A DNA stretch of 60,622 bases, the filler included, from Nemertoderma westbladi (taxonomy: Eukaryota > Animalia > Xenacoelomorpha), in the NCBI GenBank assembly GCA_032718475.1. It is 4 parts of 4 records of this genome, joined end to end, with 100 filler letters (N's around TTAATTAATTAA, not from the genome) between each part and the next. Parts side by side here need not be neighbours in the genome. Positions count along the whole stretch, not along the records: positions 30,392 to 45,823 come from JAUCBJ010004094.1; positions 45,924 to 60,622 come from JAUCBJ010003133.1; 2 more parts are not named here. One strand, given 5' to 3'. Shown here in pieces: positions 35,426 to 50,520 of the stretch (the first letter of the stretch is position 1; each line of letters begins with the position of its first letter). The notes below the pieces were generated by a model. The model was not told the DNA's origin and did not search any database. It was given only the letters and a program-made list of their open reading frames with translations. The position numbers were made by a program, and so were the translations under genes.

Positions 35426-38400
35426 AGAAAATTGTGATGTCATTTTATAGATGCCTCCCTTTAAATTATGTCTCAAGTCTTTAGCCACTGAGGGCTCCAG
35501 GTTCAGAACAGCTTGGGTTGCTTCTTGGATAGTTGATTGACCCGCATGTATCTGTTTCATATCATTTAAATATTGTATTTTCTCAGTATACATACGCATT
35601 CGCTCCTCCCGACGATCTACATGGCGTACTCTAGATATTGAATCAACTTCATCTTTATAATCATGATGAGCAGCTTCAATATCGCTCAAATGTTTTGCAT
35701 CGTCATCATCTGCTCCATCTATAATAGATGTTAAAGTATTCCAAAATGCAGAAAGCTTTTTACCTATTGATGGATCACCATGAAGATCTATGCCATCCAT
35801 TTTCCACAATAAATTCAAAATCCATGTCCCAGTAGCATTGCCACTCGAAGATCCTTGTGATAACAATTTTGCCATGCAGCATACTTTATACATGCCTGAT
35901 GGAACAACACATGAATTCATTGTCAAATCATGAGGCGAATTGGTTTGGGGTTTCCAATCATCCAATGAACTGTGAAACCCTTCAACAAAACGAAAACAGA
36001 ACTTTCTAAAGGTACCTTGCAAAGCAACCCCCTTTGAATTCATAACACTTATCAAAGTATGATCTACAGTAACAACAACAGTAGAACTTGTATCATAATC
36101 AGTGCCAAAACTATTTCTAGTGTTTATCAAGGGAAGACTAACGCCAAGGTCTTCAACTATTAATTGAATCAGATGCTTTCCAACTGATTCGTCACTTAAA
36201 GACACAGCAATCGAAGGTTTATCTATGCCAGGTTTTTGAAATGCACCACAATGTACATCAAGCACTTCTGTGCATAAAAACATCCGTTGTGAATTAAATA
36301 TTTGATATGCTTCTTGGTAGTTGTAAAATATAGTCATGGCTTTATCAAACGCAATGGCTTGCATATAAAATATAGGTCGGTTCACTGCAATTGTTATAAT
36401 CTGTTCATCAGGATGACTGCCAGGGATAATTTCAGCTTTTGGGCCATTTCTCGCTGATATTTTTGTACGAAATGACGCCAAGAGTGTTAAATCAGGGTCT
36501 TCATCAGCTTCTTCATACATTACATTAGAAACTTTTTCGCTAAGAGTTAGTGTCAGTTCAAGATTTATATGGCCAGACAGAAAACTATGCATATTAGATT
36601 GCATAGAACTACTTTCAGTTGGAAACTTATTGTTTGTTTTAAATGAGGTTGTGTTACTATATGATGCTGAAATAATACCAGTCTCCAGGCGAACTACATT
36701 AGAGTTATTTGGAGTATTTGCACTAAGTTGAATACCTTTCATAGTCATATTTATTATATACTCAAATGGCTTCGCATTTTCTAATGACTGTATCCTCGGA
36801 GATTCCCACAATGGTACTGGTACTTCACCACCGGCTATTTTTTTAATAACATCGTTTACTTCTTTCATAAACACCTTATGGACAATAATAATGTGATTCA
36901 ACAAGTCAGTAGACAGTGAGTCTTTCAGAAGTCCAATAGTACCCTCAACAATTAATAGTTGGTTTCCCTGATTAGCTAAAGTATTTTCAGAGTGCAGTGC
37001 ACCTGATTCTTTAGCAGGTGGAAATACAGTATCATCATTAACGTTTTGGCTAAATTGGGCATTCAATTTACTTATGCTTGGTGGTGGTGGCCTTGGTGGG
37101 GGAACTTTTTTATGCGGCACTACTTCAACAGTATGGGTGCCATGTTTTTTGGACATTGGAAGGTTAATAGGTTTATACACCAATGACATTTTAAGTAATG
37201 GAAGTGCCAATCCTGCAGATGATGGAACATTACCATCCATTTTGGAAATTTTACTACTGAAGCTTAAGGTATGAGATTTAAGATTTAGAATACATCGTAA
37301 ACCTTCTTCCCAATGTCCACTTGTCAATATTTGCCCTGTTTTATATTGAGCTTTAAGTGAAGGAAGTAAATTAGCACCGATTTCAAAGCTATCAAGGGAA
37401 GTATTAATAGATATGTAACACTGCGTTACTGGAAGTGCAGGAAGACAACCACTTGAATGAACAACATTAACACCAACTGATGTTGTTGATTGAACAGGTA
37501 CAACATGATCCGATAATGGGACTTCATGAGAAACACTACTACCTGTACCTATTGTGCTTGTTGGTCTCTTTAAATCTGACATTTGCTGGTATATCTTTTT
37601 TGTACTTCTTGCAACTGTTGTGTGTATTGCTGATGGCTGTAGTGGTATATCTATCTTAACTTTATTGATACTAATTAATGCATTATCTTTACTAGCCATA
37701 AATTGATTCTGAATAGAGTACAATACATTAGTTTTACTAACTTTACAATTAACAATAGTTAGCATATTTGGGAGATTAACTTGTTCCATAACTCTAAATG
37801 CTGCTTCACCCAAATACGAGCTAATAGAATCCTCTGTTACATTTGTACTATTCAAAGCATTAGTATAGGTGCGATTATAACTGAGGTGAAAGTGCTTTAA
37901 ATCTATTTCACAAATGAGATCTCCAATCGTTGCTCTTAAATTAGCTCTGTTAAGGAATGATACAATGTATAATTCAATGTTATCCTTAGTTGCATATGAA
38001 CTGGCTTCTCCAGGGGGGCGAAATTCGACAGCATTGCCTTCACCATATTTCCCAACAAAATTCACCCCAAATGTAGCAACACCTTCAACAGGTTTAAATT
38101 CTTCAAGAGGTGTGTACATCTCCATTAAATGATACATTGTTAACCAGCATTTTGAAATACTTTGTTCGGAAATGTCATCAGGAGCATCTGTTCCATTATC
38201 ACTTTCAGCTAGTGCTTTAAATGTTTCATGCATCTCATTCATACGGTCAGTAGAGGAAACTCGTGCATTTTTTGAAGTATATGAAGGTAATTTTTTTCGA
38301 AATGAGGAAATTATTTTACTCTTAAATTTCGAATCCATAGAGTCTACAACTGAATCTGAGCTACCTTCAGAGTCCAACTTTGCTGCAAAGCGACCTAGTT

Positions 38401-41400
38401 TGACATCCATTTGATTGTACTGAACCTTGCTAATAGCCATATGAAATTGATTGATTAGTCTAATAACTGGCATATCTAAATATTGTGTAACTGACTGCAA
38501 AGATAGCAACATTGTAAGTCTAATAGGCCTCTTTATGATGGAACTTGTGGGTTCATAAATGAAGTCATTTGGGGTGAGTGTTTTCACTTTATCAAGATCC
38601 ATTGTATCTACTTCAGATATATGACCTCTAAGTATTGCTTGAATTTTAAGGTTTTCGCACAAAAAGGCAGAAGAATCCCACTTCTTATCAAGATTGTATC
38701 TATGCCCTGTGCCCTTGATTCTTGTACTTTTGGATCGCATTTGGCGACTAGCTTTGAGCTGAGTTGTACGAGGATCAACAACATCAACTTTAATTGTATA
38801 CAATTCACCATCAAAGGAGGCATTTGTACCCAAAAGTTTTATGATAGATTCATCACTTTGTCCTGAAGAAATACACAAACTTGCAAGAAGTGGTTTAAAT
38901 ATAACTTGGGGGTCAGAGAATTGAATTGTATTAACAGTGACAACTGAATGAGGGTTTGGTAAGGTATCTCTTAGTTTTTGATTGTGAGAATTTAACACTC
39001 CCTTGCGGGATTCTTTAGATGTCTTAATATCTGTAGATTGACGGTGTAAATTGAATTCTCCATTAATGGCAGGTGAACCATCAGCATCACGGTCACGAAG
39101 AGACTCATAATAAGAACCTTTAGAAATTTTCTTAGTTTTTGAAGTGTGGTCCATCTTGGTTTCTGGCACAGCTAGCCCAAGGCTACTAACTGAGGTCAAA
39201 CTCCCACCCAATGTTGATTGGTGACTGGTAGAAGTTGGTAATACTACTTTGCAGTGACTTTGTTTGGATGTTTTCGAGGCACCTTGTAAGTTTGTTGGAA
39301 TATTTGAGGATAACGTCTTAAATTGGACAACATAATGCTGGGAATTCGAATGTTTAGGGCGATTAGCTAAACTTGGTGTTGGTGTGGGTGACTGATTGCA
39401 CTCATCAAGTAATGCCTCTGTTTCCTTTAAGCTCTCTGTATCTATATCAAGGTCCAATGCAAAAGCAGACTTATCAAACTTATTTGTATCTTCAACATTA
39501 ATTTTTACAGGATCATCTAAACTACCATGACCAGTAGTATGTTTTGAAATAAATCTTTTGTTATGTCTCTGAATATTTTTCAGATGTGGCATCATCAGAA
39601 GCTTCATCCACTGCTTTAATACTGCAATAATTCCTTTGTTAATAGTAACCAATGCAGGAATGCCTTCTTGAATATTCTTTTCAATACCTGTCAATTCTTT
39701 ATTGTAAACATAGCGTCTTAAAACAGTAATCAAATTGCAAGCAAAATTACTTTGCAACTGTTTAGAAGGCAATGTTAGCAAGTCATACGTTGTCCCGGCT
39801 GGGAAGTTATGACAACCATCAGCTTCTAATGCATCTGTCATAAGACATACCATTACAGAAGCAAATCGCAATATCTTGCTATCCAACAATGACATTGTCC
39901 TATAATAAAATAATTCGACAGGCTCCAGCCAAGCACTTATACCTGTTATTCCAGTATTAAGGGTGTTGACATCATTATAAATCTGGTCACTACAAACATC
40001 TAGTTTTTCATTGGCACTACTCGGAGGAGCTGCCATGTGAAACCAAACTGAAGAAACAATCACCTTACCAGTGCTAATTTCAGGTGTATCCGATTTAAGC
40101 ATTGTTTTTAAAATGGGATCATCGATAGAACCAATACTATGAAAAGAAATGTCATCTGAAGTACCAACTAGAGTACTATGGTTAGAACTCTCAATTGAAT
40201 CCATGCTTGATAAAACAGTTTGTTTTTTCCCATATTTCAAATTTGAAAGCTTTCCAAGAGCAGGTGGCACACCACAACATTTTACCCCTTTAATTGCTAC
40301 TTTTTCAATGCCACACTCAATCATTATCCAGCCTAACTTGTTATCCATGATCAAAGAAGAATCTGATCTAATACTTGAACTGTGACTATCTAAACTTGAT
40401 CTTTCCAAACTAGATCGTTCCAAACTTGATTTGTTATTATCATCACCATTGAATTTTTGATCGATTATTATAGTTCTCATGTTAAATATAACCTTCGATT
40501 TGGCATCTGGTATTGCTGTGATGCTATGAAGTCCAGCGCCACAATCCCCTGAATTCAAACATCTCAGCTGCGTATGAACTTTGTCGATAGCAAAATTAAC
40601 TGCAGACTCCCATGAGATTGAATGTTTGGATATTTTTGCACTCTCTAGTGTAGAACTCTTAGAATCTCCAGATGTCACTTTATCTCCACCAGGTTGTTGT
40701 TTATAATTTGCTGATGTACAGGAATTTGATGAAAGAAAAAATTCATTATATATGAAGTGTACCTTAACAGTATCAAAGCATAATGCTAATAATGATGCAC
40801 AATATGTATTTGGATGTGCTAAAGTAGTTGGCACATTAGCCATATCTTCAGGGGCGGCTTGCATCAAGCTGACATTGATACGTTCTATTGTGAAGAAAGC
40901 TTTAACTGTTGTTTTCGAGAAGTAACTACCAATAGATGATACAGGTACCTGTTTAATGGGACTAGAATTTGCACTTTCACTTGAAACAACAATAATATCA
41001 CTTTCTTTTATTGGATGCTTTAACACATTCTGGATACAAGATAAATGTATAAGGTCCAAAATTGTAGAAACATGCATATTTTTTGCAGTGTCTGATGCAA
41101 CTTCAATATACCTTTCCAAGCCTTCCAACATTAATGGAGATACAAGTACATCAACTGAATTTTTAAAGTTAATAAATGATGTAATCATATTATCTTGTTT
41201 ATAATCAGAATCTAACAATGGTTCCCTAGCAATACTCTTATGTTCAGGAAATGTAAATGATGAATTAGGAGAAAGTGGGGGAATATCTTCAAGTCGAAGT
41301 CTCATATCCCCCTCTGACATTATCGAAGTATTAATTCCCCGTTTGGTTTCAATAAATTGGGGCACCAATGGTGTGCTTATAGATTCACTGTTCCATCCTT

Positions 41401-44400
41401 CGCATATGTTATGAGAAAGGTGATACAAATAATACTTATATAATTGAGAGTTTTCAGTAATATTCTTAGCCTTATTATCAGATTTGTCTTGAACTGATTC
41501 AGAAACCACTTGACCTTCTACCAATGATGATCCTGCGGAGTCAAAAGACATTGGTGCTGATGCGAAGCTGAGATTATCTGGGGGGGTAGAAATGTCATAA
41601 GCATCACCAACATGGCTTAAACTTTTTTCAATAACTGTATCCTCTGATAGACTGCTGGTATGACTCTGACATAAAGTATTACTAGCTATATCAGAAACTG
41701 ACAACTGGCTTGTAGTTTTAATTATCCTTGATCCTCCATCATCACTTGGGCTAGACAGACCTTCACTTGCTGAATAGAACCGTTCCTCTGAATCTGTACT
41801 GTCACATATACTGATTGGGCTTTGTGGAACTACAGACACAATATTTACATTATTACTTTCTTTTAAAGGAAGGTCTTGTGATTGAGGGAGCTTAGATTGA
41901 CCGGAATTATCACAACTCTGATTTCTAATATGCTTAGCTGACTTTTTATTTGATAGTGCTGGCAAGCTCTGAGCACTTCCTGCTGAAGTTGTTTTTGAAC
42001 TTATTGCATTGTCAAGGGTACTTATGACTTTAGGTTTCATAGCAGATCTAAAAGATGATTTGCCTTTTGATAAAACATTAATTGATTGACCTGGGGAATA
42101 TTTTTCAGTACTGGTGTCCAGTTTTATTGAAACCTGATGCTGAAGTGTTTTGGAATAAGGAGAATTTCTAGCTCCATGTGGTGTTCTCCGGTCAGATGTC
42201 GTTTGGTTCAATGACAAGGAATGTCGGTCCTGACTGCTGACTGAATCAAAGCCTGTTGAAAATTTGAATGGTTGATCACAAACATCAAATGAATTATTCT
42301 CCAATAAGTACTCACCAAGAACTAACTGACCTCTCACTAATAAGCTTTGACCATCTCCATAACTAGAGTCTGAATCGCCAATACCATAACCAAAAATGGG
42401 GTTTTGTTCAAAGTCTTGTTTACAATCCACAAATTGGCTCTCTGAATGAAAAAAGTCTACCCCATTTACATTGTTGCCGAAAAAATTGCATCCACCAATA
42501 CAACCACACTTTCCAACTACAGTCTCTCTAACTCTGTTCGATGGAGGCCATAAAAACCACAGCCTCTGGGATAAATTATCATGATATCTTAGAAATGCCA
42601 TTTGAGCTTGAGTGGAAGCTGGAAGAGAATTACCAGATACAACATCTAAAGCAACAGGCCCAAGTTTGGCCCCACCAGTTTCTAGCCATATACTTTGATG
42701 CGTTATAGGTCTATTGCAATGTGTAATGTAATGGGTTAAATGTAGGTTGGGAATGAGAACAGACAAGCCTTCTTCAACACTAGATGTATGTATGTTACAT
42801 AAAGCTATACGTACAGGATACATTCCCAAACAGAGAGCTGTGCCACTTTCTACCAAAACGAAGTCCACATTATCTATTGAAACACGACTCATCCTGTATT
42901 TTAAATCGAGATCAGTTGGGCATTTATTATAACCTTCAGGTACTTTAGTACAGAGTTGCTGAGAAACACCATGTTGACAATTCCGATATGATAACACAGG
43001 ATTCAAGTCATTTTCAGAATCCAGTGCTAAAATAATAAAGATCTGAACACAGCTGGCAAGAACAATAGTTTGTGGTAAAGTTAAACTTCCAGACAGTTTC
43101 GATAACATAACTTCTATAAGCCAAGCATACTCCAAAGTTTCTGAACCATATGGCAAACCTTCTCCACTAAACATAGCATGCCCTCTAACTTGCAAACCAG
43201 CAATTGTCAAGGTTCCAGTTTTCAAATGGCTTTGAAGCTCTGGACGAATAACATGATCAATAAAATTAATTGTTATTGGTGTAAGTAAGACTTGAAGCAT
43301 TGTTTCCCGATAAGTCTTTTGCATTTCAAAGACTAGCTTCCTTAATTTCCCACGTGGAACAATAGAGTTTTCATCACTGTGTACTGGCAGATATCCTTCA
43401 ATATCATTCAGAGCTACCCGAACTGTGACTTCTAAAGGACGTAACATCAATGGGTGGACGCCTGTTTGCAAAGAATCTCGAGTAACAGTAACACTGGTCC
43501 TGTCTTTCATATTAGCTACCCGCTGATCCTCACCAAAATAATTTTCCTTCAATGCCATAAAGTGACGTAAAAGACTTCCATATAGTACAACAGTTGAGGG
43601 ACCCAAGTCGAGTTCCAAGTCAATGTGGTCTGCGGCTAATGTCTCTAAAGCCATGGGATTAATGCCACTACTACTCTTACCAGAACCATATCGATTAGTG
43701 GTTTCATGCAGACGTTTTTCAACATCCACAGCGGAATACATATTTTTCCCATATTTAAGTAGTGAGTGATACCGATAGGACAGATTAATAACGAGATTGC
43801 TAGCCTGCCATAGGTCAAACCAACCATCATCTGATGTTTTCGATCGCCACTTTGCCATATTACTTCCAGCAGGAAAACTTGGAAATAGCTTGTGCATTGT
43901 CCTATCCAAAGCAAGTAGTGTATAGCGTGTGGTATTGCAGTGTGGAAAACACATTCTTGCATCAATAACTTCACTCAATAACTGAAAGGTAACAGTTGTT
44001 GTAGAAGGCAAGAACTGCACAAATGGAATAACCAAGGACATGCCCACAGAACTAGCACAAATTCCAAAATATACATTACTGTCCAATATAAGAGAAGAGG
44101 TTTCATTGTGTTTCTTATTACTTCCGTTGACTGAGGAATCATTATCTTTTACTTGTCGGTTAGTTCCAAAGCATCGAGAACAGTAGTTCGGTTTACCTTT
44201 GATATCAATAGTTTGGCAATCTACCCAATTGTATTGATTGGCCAAAAGGATTAACTCAATATCTCTGAAATTGAAATTAACAGTCCAAGTATATGGTACA
44301 AAAGAATACAAATCAGGGCGACTCTGGCTACTCCAATCACTCATTAAAGATCCGATAAAAGTTTTGAGTTCATAGACAAAATAAAGTGTAGACTCGTTGG

Positions 44401-44967
44401 CATTAACATCTAGTTTCCAAACCTGATGGTCGTTAAAGTGTAGAGGATAGTCTATCTCTACTTTGAGTTTAATTGATTCACAGTTGATCATTCTTTTATA
44501 TGGAAGACTGGTAATAACACTTGAATGTAGCATATTGCATGATACTGTAGCAGTATAACCCAGTTCTGATACAATATATGGAATAATACATTCAATGTCT
44601 GACTGAGCACCAAGTATTATACGCATTATTTTTGTTGTATTATGTTCAACGAAATACACATCGAACGTTGTCTCCTGCAGGACAGAGATGTGCATATTGA
44701 AACTTTCATGAGTTCGACTTTGTCCAGGTTGTAAGGGTTGTGATACATCTAAAGGTTTATAGTCAGTAGGATAGAAAATTTTGTAAAGCTGCTCGCGGTT
44801 CCTATCTGCCCAAGGGCCATATCGAAGTTTCGACTTTCGTTCCAGACATAGATTAAATCGCCACAAAGGTGGTGGTTGGTCTGTTGGTTGTGCATTATCT
44901 GGTACAGTTCCAGCTTCGTCGACAGTGTAAGTGACTGTAGATACTTCCGACTGCAGTAGTACAAAAC
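35426..44967 (-). CDS. BLTP1: BLTP1 giant internal exon (~9.54 kb); N-terminal exons not found in this window
   Basis: Acceptor ttacttcatctAG (phase 1); YGPWADR, RPDLYSFVPYTW, QVRGHAMFS..LPYGSETLEYAWL motifs of KIAA1109; phase-0 donor TCT|GTGAAA inferred and less certain. Confidence 0.88.
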
Positions 44968-45706
44968 CTAGATGAAGTAAAAGATGTTGTGGGATTACCA
45001 CGGATTTACCTAGAAATGCCGTAGAAAAGAATAACTAAGGGCCATCCATAAATGGTGCCACGCTCATTTTCAACATTTTAACCCTTTCGTCAAAAATTGA
45101 AACGAAATTATATCCCAACCCAACAACCCTCTATGCTGGATCAAGCAAGCGTTTTTTATTTCAAAATGTTCACTGTGAAAAGTTTCTAAACGGTTTAAAA
45201 TCTCAAATTTGTTTATAAAACCAAGAAAATTTACCCAAAGACGAATTAGATGGGCAATTTTGTAAAATGAAAATTGTAGGCATGCATTAGGTACTACTGT
45301 GTTTTGCTCGTTTTCCCTGATTTTTGTATAAAATTATTACAATTTAAATACCATCGTGGTGTCAGGTGGAGCTAGGGTCCTAGGCCTTCGGCCTAGAAAC
45401 AGAACTAGAACCTCGGCAGAAACAGACCAATTCATAGTAACCAGAGATCCTCCAAATTACAACACTGTTGTGTCAGATCGATCTTAAAACTACACAAACC
45501 AGGAGACTAACAAATCGAAGAAGTGAAGGGTTGCTGAGGAAAGGAAACTAAGAAACAAGAAAATTCCTAAAATGTGTGTATTTCGATACCAAAAATGAGT
45601 TTATTGTTACTAGTTAAAAAAATTTAGAAACGGCGATTTATATTTATAAATTTCACTAACATATTTAGAATAAAAAACGCTGCATCACACATACATTTTT
45701 TATACT

Positions 45707-46043
45707 TGGTTTCCCCAAGCTTGACACTAGAACAAAATCGCCTCCGCTTTGCAGGACATTGCTTTCGCCGTGAGCACCAGCCAGTGCATAATCTTGTACT
45801 TTGGCAGCCTCATGGAGTGAATANNNNNNNNNNNNNNNNNNNNNNNNNNNNNNNNNNNNNNNNNNNNTTAATTAATTAANNNNNNNNNNNNNNNNNNNNN
45901 NNNNNNNNNNNNNNNNNNNNNNNGCGGATGATCTAGCAAATGTCATGGGTGATAGGGAGTTGTGGCGGTGCAATTTTGTTGACAAGCCGGCACAGCATTC
46001 TTAAAAATGCAGCTGCAATGCAGCATGCCGATCCTAGTAGTAG
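45707..46043 (+). mobile_element. RTE LINE 3' fragment spanning the third gap
   Basis: Colinear family sequence on both sides of the Ns; ends CTAGTAGTAG. Confidence 0.78.
45824..45923. other. Assembly gap with artificial linker
   Basis: 44 N + TTAATTAATTAA + 44 N. Confidence 0.97.
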
Positions 46044-46424
46044 TTCCCGGATATGTTGTATATGTTAGCGGCTTTGTGTGGAATCAGGTTTCTTAATAAA
46101 GCTTAGGCTTTGTTAAGAAAACCGTTCGAAATCAAGAATAGATTAGAATCTACACAAAGCCCAGACTTTGTATGTATTACTTGTATTAGTGCATTCCTTA
46201 ATGAAACAGGTTTTTATAGGAATGCCTAGGCTTTCTGACTATTTACAATAATACTGTATTGCGCTGATTGATCATAATGAATGAAATCGATATATGGGAT
46301 GTGACATTAATATTTTTATTTTCCATAAAATTAGTTCACAAACGATTAAACTAGTTTATTACAGTATAACACCAGCATACATATAACCCCAACTATTATC
46401 CGCCTATTTACGCCTACTTATTAT

Positions 46425-47181
46425 TACATGTGAGTTGCACTATCTATCACCCTTATGACATCCGCACCTAATCGTCGCACACTTGACGCTACTACCACAA
46501 TCACAGTGCAAAATCCCCTGGCCGCTCGTGATTGAGTCTCTTCTTGATGCTTCCCTAACTGACAACAATGGTAAATTCTTCACATCAGACATATGTAATG
46601 TAATATTGGATCCCGAACAATCTTGTATTGGTTAGCGAAAAACATAATTATCTACCTCATATCTACCTCACCACAAGTCGTGCGAATACGTGTATAATAT
46701 TGCTGATTCAGTACTTCGCTAACCACACCAAGGATATTAGGTGAATCCGTTTTTCCTCGATCGAATTGACTTACATGAAGAGCTACATTAGTGCCAACAT
46801 CGAGATCAAATATACCTTACTTTCTAAAACTCTGTTGCAGCATGCTGCCTGCCTGTCGCTTGGTACTGTCCACAGCAAATTCTTGTGTCTCTTGGATCAT
46901 GCCAATGCGTCTTTCACTTGAAGCTAAGAAAACTGGAGTTTCGGTAATTGAATCAAACATCCACTTTTCCATGTCGAATTCGTCATCTTCATAATCGCCA
47001 GTATTGATTTGTGCTGTACTTCGTGTAGATGAAGTTTAGATTGTGTTGTTGATACTTCGATTTCATTCTCGACTTGGGGAACATCAACTGCTGGAAGTGC
47101 TTGCAGACATTCTATTTCGCTACTGCATGTATTAGTTTCTTTGGGGACATTGTTCTTGGCCAATTGCAGTGCTGTATCCAA
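46425..47181 (-). pseudogene. Decayed C-terminal part of a Ginger2/TDD (KRBA2/SCAND3-like) transposase
   Basis: Minus strand gives VGTNVALHVSQFDRGKTDSPNILGV and GQGILHCDC...CATIRCGCHK..*CNSH (CXC-type tail) with stops and frameshifts. Confidence 0.6.
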
Positions 47182-47360
47182 GTGATGTTCACTTTAAATT
47201 TGGGCAACAATTTCTATAGGGATTGAAAAAGAAGAACAGAGACCAAGCTCACACGGTTAGCCAAACAAGCACTGGTATTTATTATTGTTGTTATGGGTGA
47301 ATGAGTGGTTTCATATTATTATAACTCTTTGTTGGGCACAGCTTTTGCAAAGTCGGCAGT

Positions 47361-47433
47361 GACGTCCAGGTGGGATCGAACTGGTGACCTCCGGGTCGGA
47401 AGTCTGACGCTCTAACCATTCAGCTAGCGGCTC
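47361..47433 (-). mobile_element. tRNA-derived SINE head / pseudo-tRNA
   Basis: TAGCTGAATGGTTAGAGCG A-box and GTTCGATCC B-box 73-nt layout; acceptor and T stems unpaired. Confidence 0.55.
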
Positions 47434-48260
47434 AGGTAAAAGATAGACCTGGGAATACTATCTGATATGTCCGCAATTTATTTCCTCATGGCCTCCCAAC
47501 TGTCAATACCATCATATGCTGCCACTGTGCTCAACCCTACAGTACTTGGCCGTCTTTAACCACTCGCTACAATAAAAAAAACACTGGTATGGCGCAATGC
47601 CCAACCCACGGTTAAGGGAAGTGTAGTTTACGCCCCCTTGACTAATTCGAATGGTAACAAACAATGTATTACAGTCTTGAATTTCTGTTGTTGTTTTTTA
47701 TATCCCGCGCGTTGAATTGAAATATAATATGAGGAGTATGAGGGTCAAAAGTAAATAACATTTATTTATTTTTTTAATATTTATATACTTTATCTGAATA
47801 ATTTTTGTGTAACTAAATGACTCTAAAATCCTCCACACCAAAAATGTCACAAATTACTGTACATCTGTAGAACTAAAAACAATTAGTAAGTATGTAAATA
47901 ATTATAACGAATTAATATTGGAGAATAAAACGTCCTTTTAGTTGCCATGTGTTTCTCTAAATCAAATATTAACCTCACCATCTATACAATTATATCCCTA
48001 CCCTTCCATATCTATGATTGTTTGTTCCTCTCGTAGAGGTACCTTTAATCTCTATAAGATTCACTTACTATAGATCTTGACTGTTATTTCTGAGTATGAC
48101 GTATGTTTACTGATTTGTGGTAAGATAAGGAAGAACCTTGATCTGCAACAAATTAATTGTTGATATTTTATATGGTATAACGAGTAAATAATTAATCAGT
48201 TCACTATTTATTGTTGTCTGTTTATTAATATCACCAATATTTATGTAATTATTTCCGTAG

Positions 48261-48734
<474 letters not shown>

Positions 48735-49143
48735 TATTCAAGGAAAACAGACCTGGAATTATCTTAAAGATAATTGTTATTCATTTTCAAATTTAATAAT
48801 TAAAATCACTAAATAATATTTCGTATGAGTAAATTAATATTAATTCAATGTTGTTAATAATAAACATCAGCGTTTAAAACTTGTTAATAATTATGATATT
48901 GTTCAATTAATTGAGAACTAAATTGAGTTGATTATGAGTTGTGAAATTGAGGAAATTATGAGTTCAATCAATCTGTGTAAACATAATGGAAAAATATGAT
49001 TGATTGATTGTAATAATTTTAAAAATATTGATTTGTTTTAATGTATTGATTAGGTGCAGTTCTTTTTGACTAAAATAAACTGACTTCATCATAATATTAT
49101 TTATTTGATGGATTTAGTTCCGATATGTATGACAGCTATGATA

Positions 49144-49800
49144 TTAGAACGGTGTCACTGGCCTCTTCTTCAGCCATGTTGCGATACTTTTGTTGCTTTC
49201 AACACCGTCGTACATCTTCATAACATTAGGATAATCACCTATAACCTTGGTTTTGTCGCCATCACAGCGAATTGCTATAATTGACTGTAAAATATGGAAC
49301 AACAACAAATCAGCTGCAGTAACACCAGAATCAACAAAGAAATCTGATTTGCTCGCTCCCAAAATATCATTAGCTTTACTCAAGAATGCAGGTAGTGTGG
49401 TTTCTTTTAACTTCTTTTCACCTTCAGCTTTCGCGACTTCATCGGAGGTGTGAAACATGACTTTTGCTATTTCTTCTTTTAGTTCATTAATATACTCTTG
49501 GTACATATCAACTTTTGCTTCTTCGTGGGGGTCTTTACCAAATAATCCAAACTTGCGTGCTAAATAGCGCACAATGGTGGACGATTGGGCGATTTTCAAC
49601 TTATCACCATTTTCCTTTTTAATCACCAAATATGGAAGTTGGCCAAAAGGCGTTTCCCCCGAGGCTTTGCGAGCTGGCCAATCTTCCCGCTCCAACCGCT
49701 CATCTTCAAATTCTACTCCAGCCACGGCTAGGATTAGCCTTGGCACTTCAGCCCTGCCGCGGCCATTGAAATATACGATCTTGTAAGTTTCTTTAGACAT
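49144..49800 (-). CDS. Glutathione S-transferase, sigma-class-like; intronless
   Basis: YKIVYFNGRGRAE, PFGQLP, IAQS..IVRYLARKFGL.GK, TAADL, WLKKRPVTPF; complete 218-aa ORF. Confidence 0.93.
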   Translation of the reverse strand: MSKETYKIVYFNGRGRAEVPRLILAVAGVEFEDERLEREDWPARKASGETPFGQLPYLVIKKENGDKLKIAQSSTIVRYLARKFGLFGKDPHEEAKVDMYQEYINELKEEIAKVMFHTSDEVAKAEGEKKLKETTLPAFLSKANDILGASKSDFFVDSGVTAADLLLFHILQSIIAIRCDGDKTKVIGDYPNVMKMYDGVESNKSIATWLKKRPVTPF

Positions 49801-50520
49801 TTATATTAGATTCGAAAAAATTAGTTTATTATACGATAATCAAATCTGAATTCGAAATGTAAATTAATGAATATTTTATAATATTTTATATTATTAACAA
49901 CAAATCGCTGAAATAATATGTTCACTACTCTATTAATCAACCTTATTGATTATAAATTTCGTTCGTTTTTTGAACATACTTTCCAAAAATAAATAAATAC
50001 AGTAATACATAGTAAACCGATCATGCACAATGATAATCATATAAATAGATAATATACACTAAACGAACACTGAACAGTCCAAAAATCGTTAAGAACAATG
50101 AGTGTGGAATAATATAATATCATCATAACTGGATATTAATATAGATGTGCAAAACTTTTATAAGAATGAAAACGCTTAGATATGGAGCAAAAATTAACAT
50201 AACATATGAGACAGTAGTTTTTCTCAGTATTTACGAAAATATTTATAATTTAGAATTTAGTATGATTCATTAATGCCATTACTATTACCAACAAACATTT
50301 GTTCTAACATTATCCGAGCAACTGCATTATATCAATCAATTATTTAACATAATTTAATTAAAGTTCAGTAGATCATTTAGTAATTCTTCTCGTATATATT
50401 TAGATTTATGATTATTATGATGATTATTTTATAAGACTAATAAATGTTCTCTATCTTCATTACGATCATTTAGTAATTTAATTTAATTAGGTACATTTAG
50501 CTAAACTGATACATGGCGAA

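Noticed and set aside
30927-44964. Numerous short ORFs antisense or alternate-frame to BLTP1
   Set aside because: Shadow ORFs of a long coding region
47361-47433. Functional tRNA-Gly(TCC)
   Set aside because: Acceptor and T stems do not pair and the anticodon stem is weak; treated as a SINE head
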